Below are positions 9,731-18,771 of a stretch of 63,999 nucleotides of DNA, one piece after another. Origin of the DNA: a virus (lineage: Duplodnaviria; Caudoviricetes); the IMG/VR virus record IMGVR_UViG_3300037329_000068, positions 1 through 63,999 of that record. One strand, written 5' to 3'. Every line of letters starts with the position of its first letter. Position 1 is the first letter of the stretch. The notes below the pieces were generated by a model. The model saw only the letters and a program-made list of their open reading frames with translations, searched no databases and was not told the DNA's origin. The position numbers and the translations under genes are program-made.

Positions 9731-10063
9731 ATGACACACATGGCAGTAGCGAAAACGATTATTGAGCAGTTTGGTGGTGGTCGCAGCACGTACATGATCG
9801 GTGCCAAGAACATTGTAACTCACAAAGAGAAATGTGGCGGTGTTTCTATGAAGCACATGAAAACCACCATCAATTCCAAACCCGCCAACTATTTCAAAGT
9901 TCTTCTGAACGAAAACGACCTTTATGATCTTGAGTTTGGCTGGATTCGTGGACACACCTACACAGTCCGAGAAACCTTCACCAACGTCTTTGCAGAAGAC
10001 CTTAAAGAACTCTTCGAAGACACTACTAAACTTTACCTGACCATGGGAGAAGTGAGAGTATGA
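9731..10063 (+). CDS. Conserved phage hypothetical protein
   Basis: TIIEQFGG...MIGAK...DLYDLEF...FEDTTKLYL pattern; GGAG RBS. Confidence 0.7.
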   Translation: MTHMAVAKTIIEQFGGGRSTYMIGAKNIVTHKEKCGGVSMKHMKTTINSKPANYFKVLLNENDLYDLEFGWIRGHTYTVRETFTNVFAEDLKELFEDTTKLYLTMGEVRV

Positions 10064-10242
10064 AGATAAAGATTGATGACAAGTGGTACAGCCCAGAAGA
10101 AAATAAAATGGCCGTAGTGTTTGAGGACTGGGAACTTGAACAAATAAAAACTATGACACCAGAAACTCATCCAAACAATCGAATAATTTCTGGTGTTTTT
10201 GACGATGCTGAACATTGTAAAATTTGGGCAGGTAAGGTATGA
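10060..10242 (+). CDS. Hypothetical protein
   Basis: Overlap-coupled ORF. Confidence 0.55.
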   Translation: MKIKIDDKWYSPEENKMAVVFEDWELEQIKTMTPETHPNNRIISGVFDDAEHCKIWAGKV

Positions 10243-10481
10243 GCGATTTTGAAAATTCAGTAAGAAGGTTGTACTGGCTTGACGGATTGGGACAAGAAGG
10301 AAAAGATTGTTTGTCAGACGTTTTGTATGAATTTTTAGAGTTCCCACCAACAGACACACAAATTGAAAAGGCATTTTTCTTGATACCTTTTGACGACATT
10401 TGTGACGCTATGAAATATGGAATGTCTGACACAGAAGTTAGAGACAGTATTTACAGACATTTCGAAAAGAATCCGTTGTAA
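10239..10481 (+). CDS. Hypothetical protein
   Basis: Overlap-coupled ORF; stop lies in the next -35. Confidence 0.6.
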   Translation: MSDFENSVRRLYWLDGLGQEGKDCLSDVLYEFLEFPPTDTQIEKAFFLIPFDDICDAMKYGMSDTEVRDSIYRHFEKNPL

Positions 10482-10541
10482 TTTAGACCTCAGTATGAGA
10501 TAATAGCTTTGTACTGAGGAAATACCAAAGCAACTAGGAGA
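10476..10541 (+). promoter_or_regulatory. Palindromic early promoter cassette, family A
   Basis: TTGTAA..CCTCAGTA TGAGATAATAGCTTTG TACTGAGG..AGGAGA. Confidence 0.8.
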
Positions 10542-10547
10542 TTTATT

Positions 10548-10724
10548 ATGGATATCAGAGAACTAGCAACAATCGAAAACGCAAAAGAATATGAACTGGA
10601 TAGCGAAAAGTTTGTATTTTGTATTGACTTAATGGGTATTAGCGCACATGCAAGTGATTCCGAAATCTCCGTTAACGAACTTGAAGATATGTTTGAAGAG
10701 ATTTTGAAAAATAATCTCTTGTAA
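10548..10724 (+). CDS. Small acidic hypothetical protein (58 aa, not in ORF track)
   Basis: MDIRELATIEN...KNNLL*; AGGAG RBS; lies between two cassettes. Confidence 0.65.
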   Translation: MDIRELATIENAKEYELDSEKFVFCIDLMGISAHASDSEISVNELEDMFEEILKNNLL

Positions 10725-10790
10725 TTAAGACTTCAGTATGAGAAGATATTCTTGTACTGAGAGATTGACCAATCAATTCGAATTAGGAAA
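10719..10790 (+). promoter_or_regulatory. Palindromic early promoter cassette, family A
   Basis: TTGTAA..TCAGTATGAGAAGATATTCTTGTACTGA..TTAGGA. Confidence 0.75.
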
Positions 10791-10797
10791 CTATATT

Positions 10798-11010
10798 ATG
10801 AGCAACGTAACTTATATTGATCGCGAATTTTCAGCCCGTTTTGATGAAGAAGTCGCGCCAATGATTCTTGAAACTTATGATGCAGATGATAGTATCGCAT
10901 TTAATGAGTCTTTCAATGACTGGACTGATAGCCTGTGTAAAGATGGTGATATCAGCCAAGACGTTAGAAACAACGTCTGTTATGTTGGCAAATACTCAGG
11001 AGAAGAATAA
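10798..11010 (+). CDS. Hypothetical acidic protein
   Basis: MSNVTY...FNDWTDSLCKDGDIS; start after cassette. Confidence 0.65.
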   Translation: MSNVTYIDREFSARFDEEVAPMILETYDADDSIAFNESFNDWTDSLCKDGDISQDVRNNVCYVGKYSGEE

Positions 11011-11228
11011 TGAAGGTATCACAACGCAGAAATAAAGTCACCCAATCTATTGAACAGCTATGGGAATCAATTGCAAATCTATCTTCTCATGTTGATGATG
11101 ATAATTATAAATGTGATGAATACCCAAAAACAGTAAGAGAACGCCAATTGCTCAGTATAAAAATTATTATTTCAGAAATTGAAAAAACTATAGAATACCA
11201 AGAAACTTTTGGAGAAACCAATGATTAA
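11010..11228 (+). CDS. Hypothetical protein
   Basis: Coupled ORF with GGAG RBS. Confidence 0.55.
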   Translation: MKVSQRRNKVTQSIEQLWESIANLSSHVDDDNYKCDEYPKTVRERQLLSIKIIISEIEKTIEYQETFGETND

Positions 11229-11366
11229 AGCAATTTACAAATTTTTTTCCGGTAATCTTGAAATTGATATTGATGCCGTTTATTCTGTAGCAGAACTATT
11301 AGGACCAACAGAGGATTTTGACGGGCTTGTTAGCTCACTTGAAGACATGTAAAGTAAAAAGAAATC

Positions 11367-11443
11367 GGGCCTATACCATAGCGGTCTAATGGAGCGTACT
11401 CATAATGCGTTATACTCGTGTTCGAATCACGGTAGGCCCACCA
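11367..11443 (+). tRNA. tRNA with CAT anticodon (Ile2 likely; Met possible)
   Basis: GGGCCTA/TAGGCCC acceptor, CT-CAT-AA loop, GTTCGAATC T-loop, encoded CCA. Confidence 0.9.
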
Positions 11444-11463
11444 TTAAACTCAGGAGAATTAGA

Positions 11464-11676
11464 ATGAACAAAGAAAATGCCCTCATAGTGATTATTTTTT
11501 TGGTTGCTCTTACCATTGTTATTATAGGAGTTTTCGCACCAAAAGAAACTCAAAAAAGTCAAGAAATGAATGTGACTATACAGTATTGTGAGATGTGGTC
11601 AATCTGGCATGACTCAGATGGAGAATACGGTTGGCCAGATAAGAACAATTCATATGACAAGTGGTGTGTAAAATGA
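11464..11676 (+). CDS. Small membrane-anchored protein
   Basis: N-terminal TM helix, YCEM..W..GWPD motif; AGGAG RBS. Confidence 0.65.
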   Translation: MNKENALIVIIFLVALTIVIIGVFAPKETQKSQEMNVTIQYCEMWSIWHDSDGEYGWPDKNNSYDKWCVK

Positions 11677-11885
11677 TGATTGATATAGAACATAAACCAG
11701 AAAATAAGTCTAGATTTAGAGCAGGGGATTTATTAGGTTATGAGGGTAGCCCCACTAGATTTATGGTAGTTGGGGAAGATGACCTATATGTACATACCTT
11801 TGTATTAGGTACAGGGCAGTATTGGGGTATATTCAAACTTCGAGAAGATAACCTTCGATGCGTTATTAATTTTGATTGGGTGTGA
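11673..11885 (+). CDS. Hypothetical protein
   Basis: Coupled ORF. Confidence 0.55.
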   Translation: MMIDIEHKPENKSRFRAGDLLGYEGSPTRFMVVGEDDLYVHTFVLGTGQYWGIFKLREDNLRCVINFDWV

Positions 11886-11943
11886 GTAACAATAGACCCC
11901 ATTAATTCTTATATTTTTTAAAAATTTAAAATTGGTGTGTAAA

Positions 11944-12165
11944 ATGACTGATAGAATTATAGGTGGTTTAGTAGGTTTTTTATTTGGTTGTCTTTCGTTG
12001 GTATTTGGTGAAGCTTTTACAAACAGAAATTATGAAGAAAGCTCTAAAAAACTCAAAAATATAAACGATTACTGCGTGTCTGTAGATAGCAAAGCTAAAG
12101 AATTTGATAGTATAAAAGTATTTTGTGAAAATGGTGCAATGTTCACTATAGAAAATAGACAATGA
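11944..12165 (+). CDS. Membrane-anchored hypothetical protein
   Basis: N-terminal hydrophobic segment. Confidence 0.55.
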   Translation: MTDRIIGGLVGFLFGCLSLVFGEAFTNRNYEESSKKLKNINDYCVSVDSKAKEFDSIKVFCENGAMFTIENRQ

Positions 12166-12353
12166 AAGCATTAACTCTAATTATCTTTACGATATTTTTT
12201 GCTTTTGTCGGTGTTAGTATCACTGACTATTTTCTTGAATTTGAAAAGAACACAAACAGTGCTTACTTTTTCATATATGGCTTTGCATTATCTACAATTA
12301 TAGATAATATTGTAAGAAAACTCTTTTTTAGCGGACAAATATTTATTAAATAA
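12162..12353 (+). CDS. Small two-TM membrane protein
   Basis: Two hydrophobic segments; ATGA overlap. Confidence 0.55.
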   Translation: MKALTLIIFTIFFAFVGVSITDYFLEFEKNTNSAYFFIYGFALSTIIDNIVRKLFFSGQIFIK

Positions 12354-12371
12354 TCAGCGAGGTAAAAATGA

Positions 12372-12971
12372 ATGGATAAAACACTGGGTAATAGTGACGT
12401 AAACGGAGCAAGAAAAAATGTAAAGGATATCGTTGTTTTTGGCAACGGTGATCTATTTCGGCTTATTTGCAAAGCATCGAGTGAAAAAGAAGGCTGGATG
12501 AAATCAACGAAAGCGATGGATGTTGGTTCTGGTGTGGTTGTTCAAGTCACAACACAACAACGTGCTCCAGATGGGTCTTACGGAGTTGCAGAGGCACTAA
12601 CATATTGTCCTGATTGTCAAGTGACAGAAGGAGAAGATGGGAATCTATTTATTGAACAAAAAGATTATTTTGCAAACGTTCCTACGAGGACAGAAACAAA
12701 TCCAATAGAAAATATAACTTTGTATAAAAATATGAAAGAAAAAAGCCCAATATCTCTGACTTTTTATAGAGACTATAATACAACCGAGGGGCTTTTTAAG
12801 GACAAAGCCGGAACTATACCAGTTACAAAAGACGGGGATGTGGTTAAATTAATAATGGACCAGTCGGGTAATGGAAACCATTGGATCAGCAACGGCTTAG
12901 TTTACAGGCATGATGGTATTAGGGGTTTTTTGGAAACAGACCCCGATAGTGATTCTAAAAAAAGGTATTAA
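12372..12971 (+). CDS. Chimeric hypothetical protein
   Basis: KASS..EGWMKSTKAM domain followed by FKDKAGTIPVTKDGD.V..IMDQSGNGNH segment. Confidence 0.7.
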   Translation: MDKTLGNSDVNGARKNVKDIVVFGNGDLFRLICKASSEKEGWMKSTKAMDVGSGVVVQVTTQQRAPDGSYGVAEALTYCPDCQVTEGEDGNLFIEQKDYFANVPTRTETNPIENITLYKNMKEKSPISLTFYRDYNTTEGLFKDKAGTIPVTKDGDVVKLIMDQSGNGNHWISNGLVYRHDGIRGFLETDPDSDSKKRY

Positions 12972-12974
12972 AAT

Positions 12975-13160
12975 ATGCAAGAAAGAATGTTTAAAGACTT
13001 AGCTGGCACAATACCAGCTAAGTTGGGGGACAAAGTAGCGTTACTAAAAAATCCAACAATGGATCAAGTTATTATTTGGTCACTAGAGGCACACAGTATA
13101 GAATTGAAGATGAGACTGCTTAATAATCTTGTATTGGGCTTAAAAAATAACCCCAACTAA
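12975..13160 (+). CDS. Hypothetical protein sharing FKD.AGTIP motif with upstream gene
   Basis: MFKDLAGTIPAKLGDKV. Confidence 0.5.
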   Translation: MQERMFKDLAGTIPAKLGDKVALLKNPTMDQVIIWSLEAHSIELKMRLLNNLVLGLKNNPN

Positions 13161-13173
13161 ACGCATAGGGTAA

Positions 13174-13210
13174 AAAAAAGCCTCTTAGAAACACTCTAAG
13201 AGGCTTTTTT
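13174..13210. terminator. Bidirectional intrinsic terminator
   Basis: AAAAAAGCCTCTTAGA-aacac-TCTAAGAGGCTTTTTT. Confidence 0.85.
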
Positions 13211-13283
13211 AATCAATAAAGAAATATCTTGACAGAAAAATTTTCATCATGTAAGCTAGGTTGACCTAAAAAAAGGAATACAG

Positions 13284-13559
13284 ATGATATATAAAAGATT
13301 TTCAATTCAACCGATTACGATGAATATTTCCGATCCAGTCAATATCAACTTGAACTTGAAATGGTCGTGGTCGATGAGTGCAAAAGGATTTGGTGAGTAT
13401 AGTCAATTTATTTCACAATCTGTGTATTACAAACTAAAAAAATTATCGCATTCATTCTGTATTGAAGATGAGTATGAAAAGAAATACCTGTTGGTTGTGA
13501 AAAAGATTGATACAGAGTTTGTTATTTCAATCACTCCAATGATTGAAGAAATTAAATAA
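13284..13559 (+). CDS. Hypothetical protein
   Basis: Preceded by TTGACA promoter and AAGGA RBS. Confidence 0.6.
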   Translation: MIYKRFSIQPITMNISDPVNINLNLKWSWSMSAKGFGEYSQFISQSVYYKLKKLSHSFCIEDEYEKKYLLVVKKIDTEFVISITPMIEEIK

Positions 13560-13894
13560 TGTCTTTATTTGAAAATACTTGTAAAGTAGTGAACAGATCA
13601 AAAGACAGATATGATGTCTATATTGGAAGACCGAGCATTTTTCAAAATCCTTATTTTATTGGAAGGGATGGAACCAGAGAAGAGGTTATCGAAAAGTTCA
13701 AATATTATTTCATTGAAAAGATAAAAACTGATAATAACTTTAAATCTAAAGTTGACGGACTTAAAGGCAAAGTTCTTGGTTGTCATTGTAAGCCAAAGTT
13801 TTGTCACGGTGATATCATAAAGAGTTATATAGAAGGGAAAATCATATTATGTTACAAAAATACACACCGCAAGCAATTAAACGATCTAGATTGA
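13559..13894 (+). CDS. DUF4326-family protein
   Basis: YDVYIGRPS.F.NP, REEVIEKF, LKGKVLGCHCKP..CHGD. Confidence 0.85.
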   Translation: MSLFENTCKVVNRSKDRYDVYIGRPSIFQNPYFIGRDGTREEVIEKFKYYFIEKIKTDNNFKSKVDGLKGKVLGCHCKPKFCHGDIIKSYIEGKIILCYKNTHRKQLNDLD

Positions 13895-14382
13895 TTACTC
13901 TCTTTGGTCATGATACGCTTAACTGGTCAAAAAAAGAAAAAACTATTCGAGTTAGACTTTTGCACGAAGAATGTCAGGTTACGTGGTCGCCAAATACATT
14001 TTTTGTATTGCTTGAATCAAAGACCAAGGCTCAAAATTTTCATGGGTATATCTTGAGAGTGATTATGAACTAGCTACCTGTGGGTTTTACACCAACAACA
14101 TGAAAGGTTGTGGCTAGGTTGTTTGAAAAGTATGGTGCTATGTTTGACACAATCCAGACTTATGATCAGTACATAGAAATAAAAAGACTATCTAATCAAA
14201 TTATGAGGTTTGAAGATGTTTAAAAAATATTATTACGCGGATTTATACAGAGTAATTGATGATAAAGTTACATTATCGGGATCAAGAATTGTATCTGTCT
14301 GGTTTTTTCAAACACCTGTTTATGCCTACAATCAACTATGTAGTACGGGGGGAATCCCACATAACATGAAGAGGATTCGATA

Positions 14383-14589
14383 ATGCAAGTTAATCTTGAA
14401 AAAATTGAAGTGATGAACCTTACACCAGAAAGTATTATCGTGTATCGGTGTTCCGAACCTATCAATAGGGTGCAGATTGAAAGACTAAACGAAAGTCTGC
14501 GCGCAATTTTCCCAAAAAACACTGTTTTGATTATGGACAAAAATAGTAAATTAAGTATCATTGAAGAAGAAAAACACACATACACTTAG
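14383..14589 (+). CDS. Hypothetical protein
   Basis: GAGGA RBS. Confidence 0.55.
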   Translation: MQVNLEKIEVMNLTPESIIVYRCSEPINRVQIERLNESLRAIFPKNTVLIMDKNSKLSIIEEEKHTYT

Positions 14590-14753
14590 GTTTATGTTGT
14601 GAAATTGAAATACTAAAAAATGATTGATTATCTACAATCTAGATACTTTGAAATAGAAAGGTACAATGGCGTCTACATTTCTGATGACGTTGCTTGTCTT
14701 ACGTTATGGAACTTATCGGGGTAGATGGAAAAAATCATAAGGAAAAATTTTAG

Positions 14754-14960
14754 ATGAGCAAAGGCAACAAACCAACACTAGAAATTATCCGAAACATGAC
14801 AGATCAAGAGCTACAATATACAATGAACTCATGGTATGATGAAAAAGTAGCACTGATAGCCGAATATGGAAAAATGTGTAGAGTTACTGGTGATGTCGGG
14901 CGTGAAATAGCAGAAAGAAAATGCGTGAAAGAGATTGACGGATACGTAAGAATAGATTAG
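14754..14960 (+). CDS. Hypothetical protein
   Basis: AAGGA RBS. Confidence 0.55.
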   Translation: MSKGNKPTLEIIRNMTDQELQYTMNSWYDEKVALIAEYGKMCRVTGDVGREIAERKCVKEIDGYVRID

Positions 14961-15009
14961 GATTACCTTGAAATAAATAAAACCCTGAAATTGAAAAGGA
15001 AATTAAATT

Positions 15010-15288
15010 ATGTTTTGTTCAAATTGTTCTAAAGAAATCAGTGAATCTACAAAAGTGTGTCCACACTGTGGTCATCCTGTGAAGGGTCAATCTGGTCTGA
15101 AAAGTAAAGTAGCTTTCGTTCTCTTGGCTTTGTTTTTAGGTGGGCTGGGAGTTCATCGAATGTATATTGGTGATGTAGGGCTTGGTATCGTCTATCTTTT
15201 GTTTTGTTGGACTGGTATCCCTATTGTTGTAGCAGTGATTGAAGCACTGGTTATTGGGCTTCGAAGCAACGATCCTCGATTCGAATAA
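15010..15288 (+). CDS. Zinc-ribbon plus TM2-domain membrane protein
   Basis: MFCSNC..CPHCG; KSKVAFVLLALFLGGLGVHRMY.G..G.VYLLFCWT. Confidence 0.9.
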   Translation: MFCSNCSKEISESTKVCPHCGHPVKGQSGLKSKVAFVLLALFLGGLGVHRMYIGDVGLGIVYLLFCWTGIPIVVAVIEALVIGLRSNDPRFE

Positions 15289-15364
15289 AAAATGGGACTC
15301 AGTAGAGTCCCAAAAAGCGAAATAATCAAAACCCTTCATCATCAAAAAACTAAAAGAACTTTTT

Positions 15365-16351
15365 ATGGAACAGGAACTTTTTAGCTTTGGCTCTGTTGAG
15401 TCTCTTCACAATAAAGTAAAGGTAGCCCATCGTTACCCAGAACCAGAACGGATGTTTTTTGCCAAGCCTAAGCTTCACGGAACAAACGCAAGCATTGTTT
15501 TCAAAGCTCGTGGAATAGTCTACGCACAATCCCGTAAGAATGTCTTGACGCTCGAAAACGACAATGCTGGATTTGCTCGTTGGGTTTCTGAACTAAATTT
15601 TAAAGATTTTGTTTTTGACGGTATGACATGGATTCTTTACGGTGAATGGGCTGGCCAAGGCATTGGGAAAAATGATGCAGTGACTAAAATCGGAAAGAAA
15701 GCATTTTTCCCAATTTGCCTCCGTCGCATCTATAGTGATGATAGACTTGATCGTATAGATCATGAAGAGTATCTTATTAAATCTGGTCTTGAGAATATGG
15801 GAATTGTTGATCACCCAGACATCTACATCATCCCGAAAATCGGAGAAATTAGCATTTGTCTTAACGGAAACTTTGTTCACCTAGCAAAAGTAGAAACCTA
15901 TGTAAACACAATGGTAGAAAATTTTGAAACGGTTGATCCTTACATTCAAAAACAATTTGGGGTTGAAGCCGCTGGCGAAGGTGTGGTATTCTACCCAGAC
16001 ACCCATGATTGGGAAACATATAAGAATTTAATGTTCAAGGCTAAGACAGAAGCACATAGGGTGAACAAGTCAAATTCTGCGGCAAGTGCGAAAGTTGAAG
16101 TAAGTCATTACGTAGTAGAATTTGCAGAGAAGTTTGCAACAATTCAGCGATTTGAACAAGCGATGACAGAAATAAACACTGGATTTGATATGAAATCTAT
16201 GGGACAATTCTTGAAGTGGGTTAATACTGATATTTTAAAAGAAAGCAAAGATGAGATCGAAGAATCCGAACTTAACTGGAAAGAGTGTGCTAAAGAAATT
16301 ACAAACGTGAGCCGTGGTTGGTTCATGAACAACGCAAAGAGGATTACATAA
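15365..16351 (+). CDS. RNA ligase, Rnl2-like
   Basis: KLHGTNA (motif I), QSR, DNAGFA, LYGEWAG.GI, EGVV, FKAK. Confidence 0.85.
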   Translation: MEQELFSFGSVESLHNKVKVAHRYPEPERMFFAKPKLHGTNASIVFKARGIVYAQSRKNVLTLENDNAGFARWVSELNFKDFVFDGMTWILYGEWAGQGIGKNDAVTKIGKKAFFPICLRRIYSDDRLDRIDHEEYLIKSGLENMGIVDHPDIYIIPKIGEISICLNGNFVHLAKVETYVNTMVENFETVDPYIQKQFGVEAAGEGVVFYPDTHDWETYKNLMFKAKTEAHRVNKSNSAASAKVEVSHYVVEFAEKFATIQRFEQAMTEINTGFDMKSMGQFLKWVNTDILKESKDEIEESELNWKECAKEITNVSRGWFMNNAKRIT

Positions 16352-16352
16352 T

Positions 16353-16841
16353 ATGAACTTCAAAGATTTAAAAGTTGGTGCAATAGTTAAAGTATCATCA
16401 ACGTGTGGTGTTGAGGGATGCACAGGTACAATCCAGAGATACAATTCTAGTTCTGATGTGTATGTTTTGCTTGATAACTTGCCATTTTATTATAATGGTC
16501 ATAATCCAGTTCGGCTATCATCAAAATCTCTTGAACTTCTTGTAGAAAAGGAAACTTCAAAAAGTGAATCAACATCTGATGCTTTGCGGATTGGTGTATT
16601 CTACGCCGTAGACTTTGCTGATGATTTTGAAAGCGATGGCTACTTTTCTACCACTGAAGGGGTGTTAATTGTCAGGGCTAAAAGCAAAGAAGCCTGTATG
16701 AAAATCTTAGCTGATTTAATTGCAGAGGGCGATGCCAATGATGAAGAATATGATAGCCTTGTATTTGACAATCAAAAATACAGAATTAAAACACAATTTT
16801 GTGTGGTGATTGACGATGAGTTATTTAAAGGAAAAGGATAA
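16353..16841 (+). CDS. Hypothetical protein
   Basis: 162 aa; LKVGAIVKV SH3-like start. Confidence 0.65.
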   Translation: MNFKDLKVGAIVKVSSTCGVEGCTGTIQRYNSSSDVYVLLDNLPFYYNGHNPVRLSSKSLELLVEKETSKSESTSDALRIGVFYAVDFADDFESDGYFSTTEGVLIVRAKSKEACMKILADLIAEGDANDEEYDSLVFDNQKYRIKTQFCVVIDDELFKGKG

Positions 16842-16847
16842 CCAAAA

Positions 16848-17141
16848 ATGATAGTATTTCAATCAGAGTACGCAAAAGAGTTGAAGATTAACTACAAAAA
16901 TGGGAAGTCGTTTAAAGCGTTTGACACCGTTCTGGTTGAGGTTTTGAAAAGCGGGAGCAACGGTCATAACATTAGCTATATGCGCCGTACAAGTTCTTCT
17001 ATACTCTCTGGTGATGGGGTTATGTATACTTATCTACAACACGTTCAAACTAATACAGATGACGTGGTTTCTGTTGAGTTGAGAGATACAATCGTTAATG
17101 GAATGAAGCTTGATTTTGTGAAGAAATTCTTTATCCGATAA
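16848..17141 (+). CDS. Hypothetical protein
   Basis: AAGGA RBS. Confidence 0.6.
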   Translation: MIVFQSEYAKELKINYKNGKSFKAFDTVLVEVLKSGSNGHNISYMRRTSSSILSGDGVMYTYLQHVQTNTDDVVSVELRDTIVNGMKLDFVKKFFIR

Positions 17142-17144
17142 AGC

Positions 17145-17208
17145 TTGACGCGGTATCCTCAGTATGAGAAGATAATCTTGTACTGAGGAATTACCATTTT
17201 CTAGGAGA
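17145..17208 (+). promoter_or_regulatory. Palindromic early promoter cassette, family A
   Basis: TTGACG..TCCTCAGTA TGAGAAGATAATCTTG TACTGAGGA..AGGAGA. Confidence 0.85.
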
Positions 17209-17214
17209 CTGATT

Positions 17215-17436
17215 ATGAAGTTTATTGAGAGTCATACTACTATCAGTAATACAGTTATTGAATTGTATAGCACTGGTAAAGGATTCAAGACAGTAACTCA
17301 TCATCCAGCAACCAAAAATTCAGAAGCCGAAACTAAAATCAAAACCCACAGAACAGAAAGCGCAGCATCTTCAAAAATTAATAAAAGTCGCAAAGTTATA
17401 CGGGAATTGGAAGAGAAGTTGGCAAGAATAAAATAG
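17215..17436 (+). CDS. Hypothetical protein
   Basis: Follows cassette. Confidence 0.65.
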   Translation: MKFIESHTTISNTVIELYSTGKGFKTVTHHPATKNSEAETKIKTHRTESAASSKINKSRKVIRELEEKLARIK

Positions 17437-17439
17437 TTC

Positions 17440-17521
17440 TTGTATGTTTTCTCTCGATATGAGAAGATGGTATTGTAGTGAGGGGGGAAAGGGATGACCC
17501 TTTCCAAAGAAATCTAGGAGA
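17440..17521 (+). promoter_or_regulatory. Family A cassette variant with extra leader hairpin
   Basis: TATGAGAAGATGGTATTGTAGTGAGG then GGAAAGGG-atga-CCCTTTCC, AGGAGA. Confidence 0.7.
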
Positions 17522-17526
17522 TTAAA

Positions 17527-18015
17527 ATGAACGCAACAAAACACATTATGGAAAAGCTAGACGAAGTTTTTGCTCCAATGGATGCAATAGTTGTCGAAGC
17601 CGCGAAGAAGTGGGGTGTTGAAAGATTCGAAGCTGTCAAAGCTTTTATTTGCACTAAAGAGTATAAGCAAATAACTAACACCACTGCAAAATACGATAAG
17701 CTGCACGAAATTGCTGGTGGAAAGACTTGGTACAACATATTCAACGGTCGTAACAAAATCCTAATCGAAGAATTCATGGTAAAGAATTGTGAAATGGTCG
17801 TTAAAAAGCGTAATGTCAGCATCGCCAAGAAATTAGAAAAAGCGGGTGTGGCTGAAGTTCTTGGAGAAACTTTGTACGATACTAAAGACGGGTTCAACGG
17901 GTTCTTTAAAGTCGTTACCGACAAAGGAATCAAGAACGTGAATGTTGAAACAATCATGGCTGGTGGATACAACATTCAATGCTTACACCTGAGAGTTCTT
18001 GTAAAAGTCAAATAA
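17527..18015 (+). CDS. Conserved phage hypothetical protein
   Basis: C-terminal TIMAGGYNIQCLH.RVLVK motif. Confidence 0.75.
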   Translation: MNATKHIMEKLDEVFAPMDAIVVEAAKKWGVERFEAVKAFICTKEYKQITNTTAKYDKLHEIAGGKTWYNIFNGRNKILIEEFMVKNCEMVVKKRNVSIAKKLEKAGVAEVLGETLYDTKDGFNGFFKVVTDKGIKNVNVETIMAGGYNIQCLHLRVLVKVK

Positions 18016-18019
18016 TCCC

Positions 18020-18085
18020 TTGCAATATCAAACTCAATATGAGAAGATACTCTTGTACTGAGGGAATACCGAACCAATTAGGAGA
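18020..18085 (+). promoter_or_regulatory. Family A cassette
   Basis: TTGCAA..CTCAATATGAGAAGATACTCTTGTACTGAGG..TTAGGAGA. Confidence 0.8.
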
Positions 18086-18089
18086 TTAC

Positions 18090-18266
18090 ATGATGATAAG
18101 CCGAAGCGTAAAAGAAATCACCGCCGTAGCAGCACAGGAAGTAGCAAAATTTATTGGGGTAACAGCCGAAGTTGCCATGACAAATCACTCCGATTTAGTT
18201 TTCAAAACAACTTGTGCAATCATGGCTGGAATCGAAGCAGATAAAGCAAAAGGAGTATCATCATGA
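18090..18266 (+). CDS. Hypothetical protein
   Basis: Start after cassette RBS. Confidence 0.6.
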   Translation: MMISRSVKEITAVAAQEVAKFIGVTAEVAMTNHSDLVFKTTCAIMAGIEADKAKGVSS

Positions 18267-18433
18267 ACAACATTAACAAAACTCTACGCGAAATGTTCCT
18301 TGACTATTTCAACAACTACATTACTGTTGCAAAGTTTGCGGAACACAATGAAATCAGCACAAAACAAGCCAGTGCTTTGATTGAGATAGGAAGGGAACTT
18401 CACGAAGAATACGTTGAATTGATGAAGAAATAG
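18263..18433 (+). CDS. Small hypothetical protein (56 aa, not in ORF track)
   Basis: MNNINKTLREMFLDYFNNYITVAKFAEHN...; AGGAG RBS. Confidence 0.65.
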   Translation: MNNINKTLREMFLDYFNNYITVAKFAEHNEISTKQASALIEIGRELHEEYVELMKK

Positions 18434-18438
18434 TAATT

Positions 18439-18464
18439 GAAAAAGCCTCAATCGAGGCTTTTTC
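18439..18464 (+). terminator. Intrinsic terminator
   Basis: AAAAAGCCTC-aatc-GAGGCTTTTT. Confidence 0.8.
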
Positions 18465-18489
18465 TTTAAATCAAAAAAGGAAAATACGA

Positions 18490-18771
18490 ATGATTTACAT
18501 TAGTCCAGACTTTCGATTTAATACAGATCAGTACGGACACACTTTAGAATCTCGATCTGATGGCAAGGTCAAGGCTACAGGTGAACACAAAGACAATTGG
18601 GTAGTAACATATCACCCGACATACAAACAGATTGCCAAAAAGATTCTAGAAACATCTCTTAATAAAGAAACAGTAGAAGATCAATGTTCAGAACTGTTTG
18701 ATATTCAAGAAAGACTAGAGCGCCTTTCTTCATTGTTGGGTGACAAAATCAAAAAAGTGGCGGAATCGTAA
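18490..18771 (+). CDS. Hypothetical protein
   Basis: AAGGA RBS. Confidence 0.6.
   Translation: MIYISPDFRFNTDQYGHTLESRSDGKVKATGEHKDNWVVTYHPTYKQIAKKILETSLNKETVEDQCSELFDIQERLERLSSLLGDKIKKVAES

Noticed and set aside
10738-10797. Shared N-termini such as MRRYSCTE and MRNTY in several track ORFs (10738, 17979, 42769, 8994, 9704, 40994)
   Set aside because: They are translations of the repeated promoter cassettes, not a protein family
11389-11463. N-terminal extensions of ORFs 11389 and 25183
   Set aside because: They overlap tRNA genes; downstream starts are more plausible
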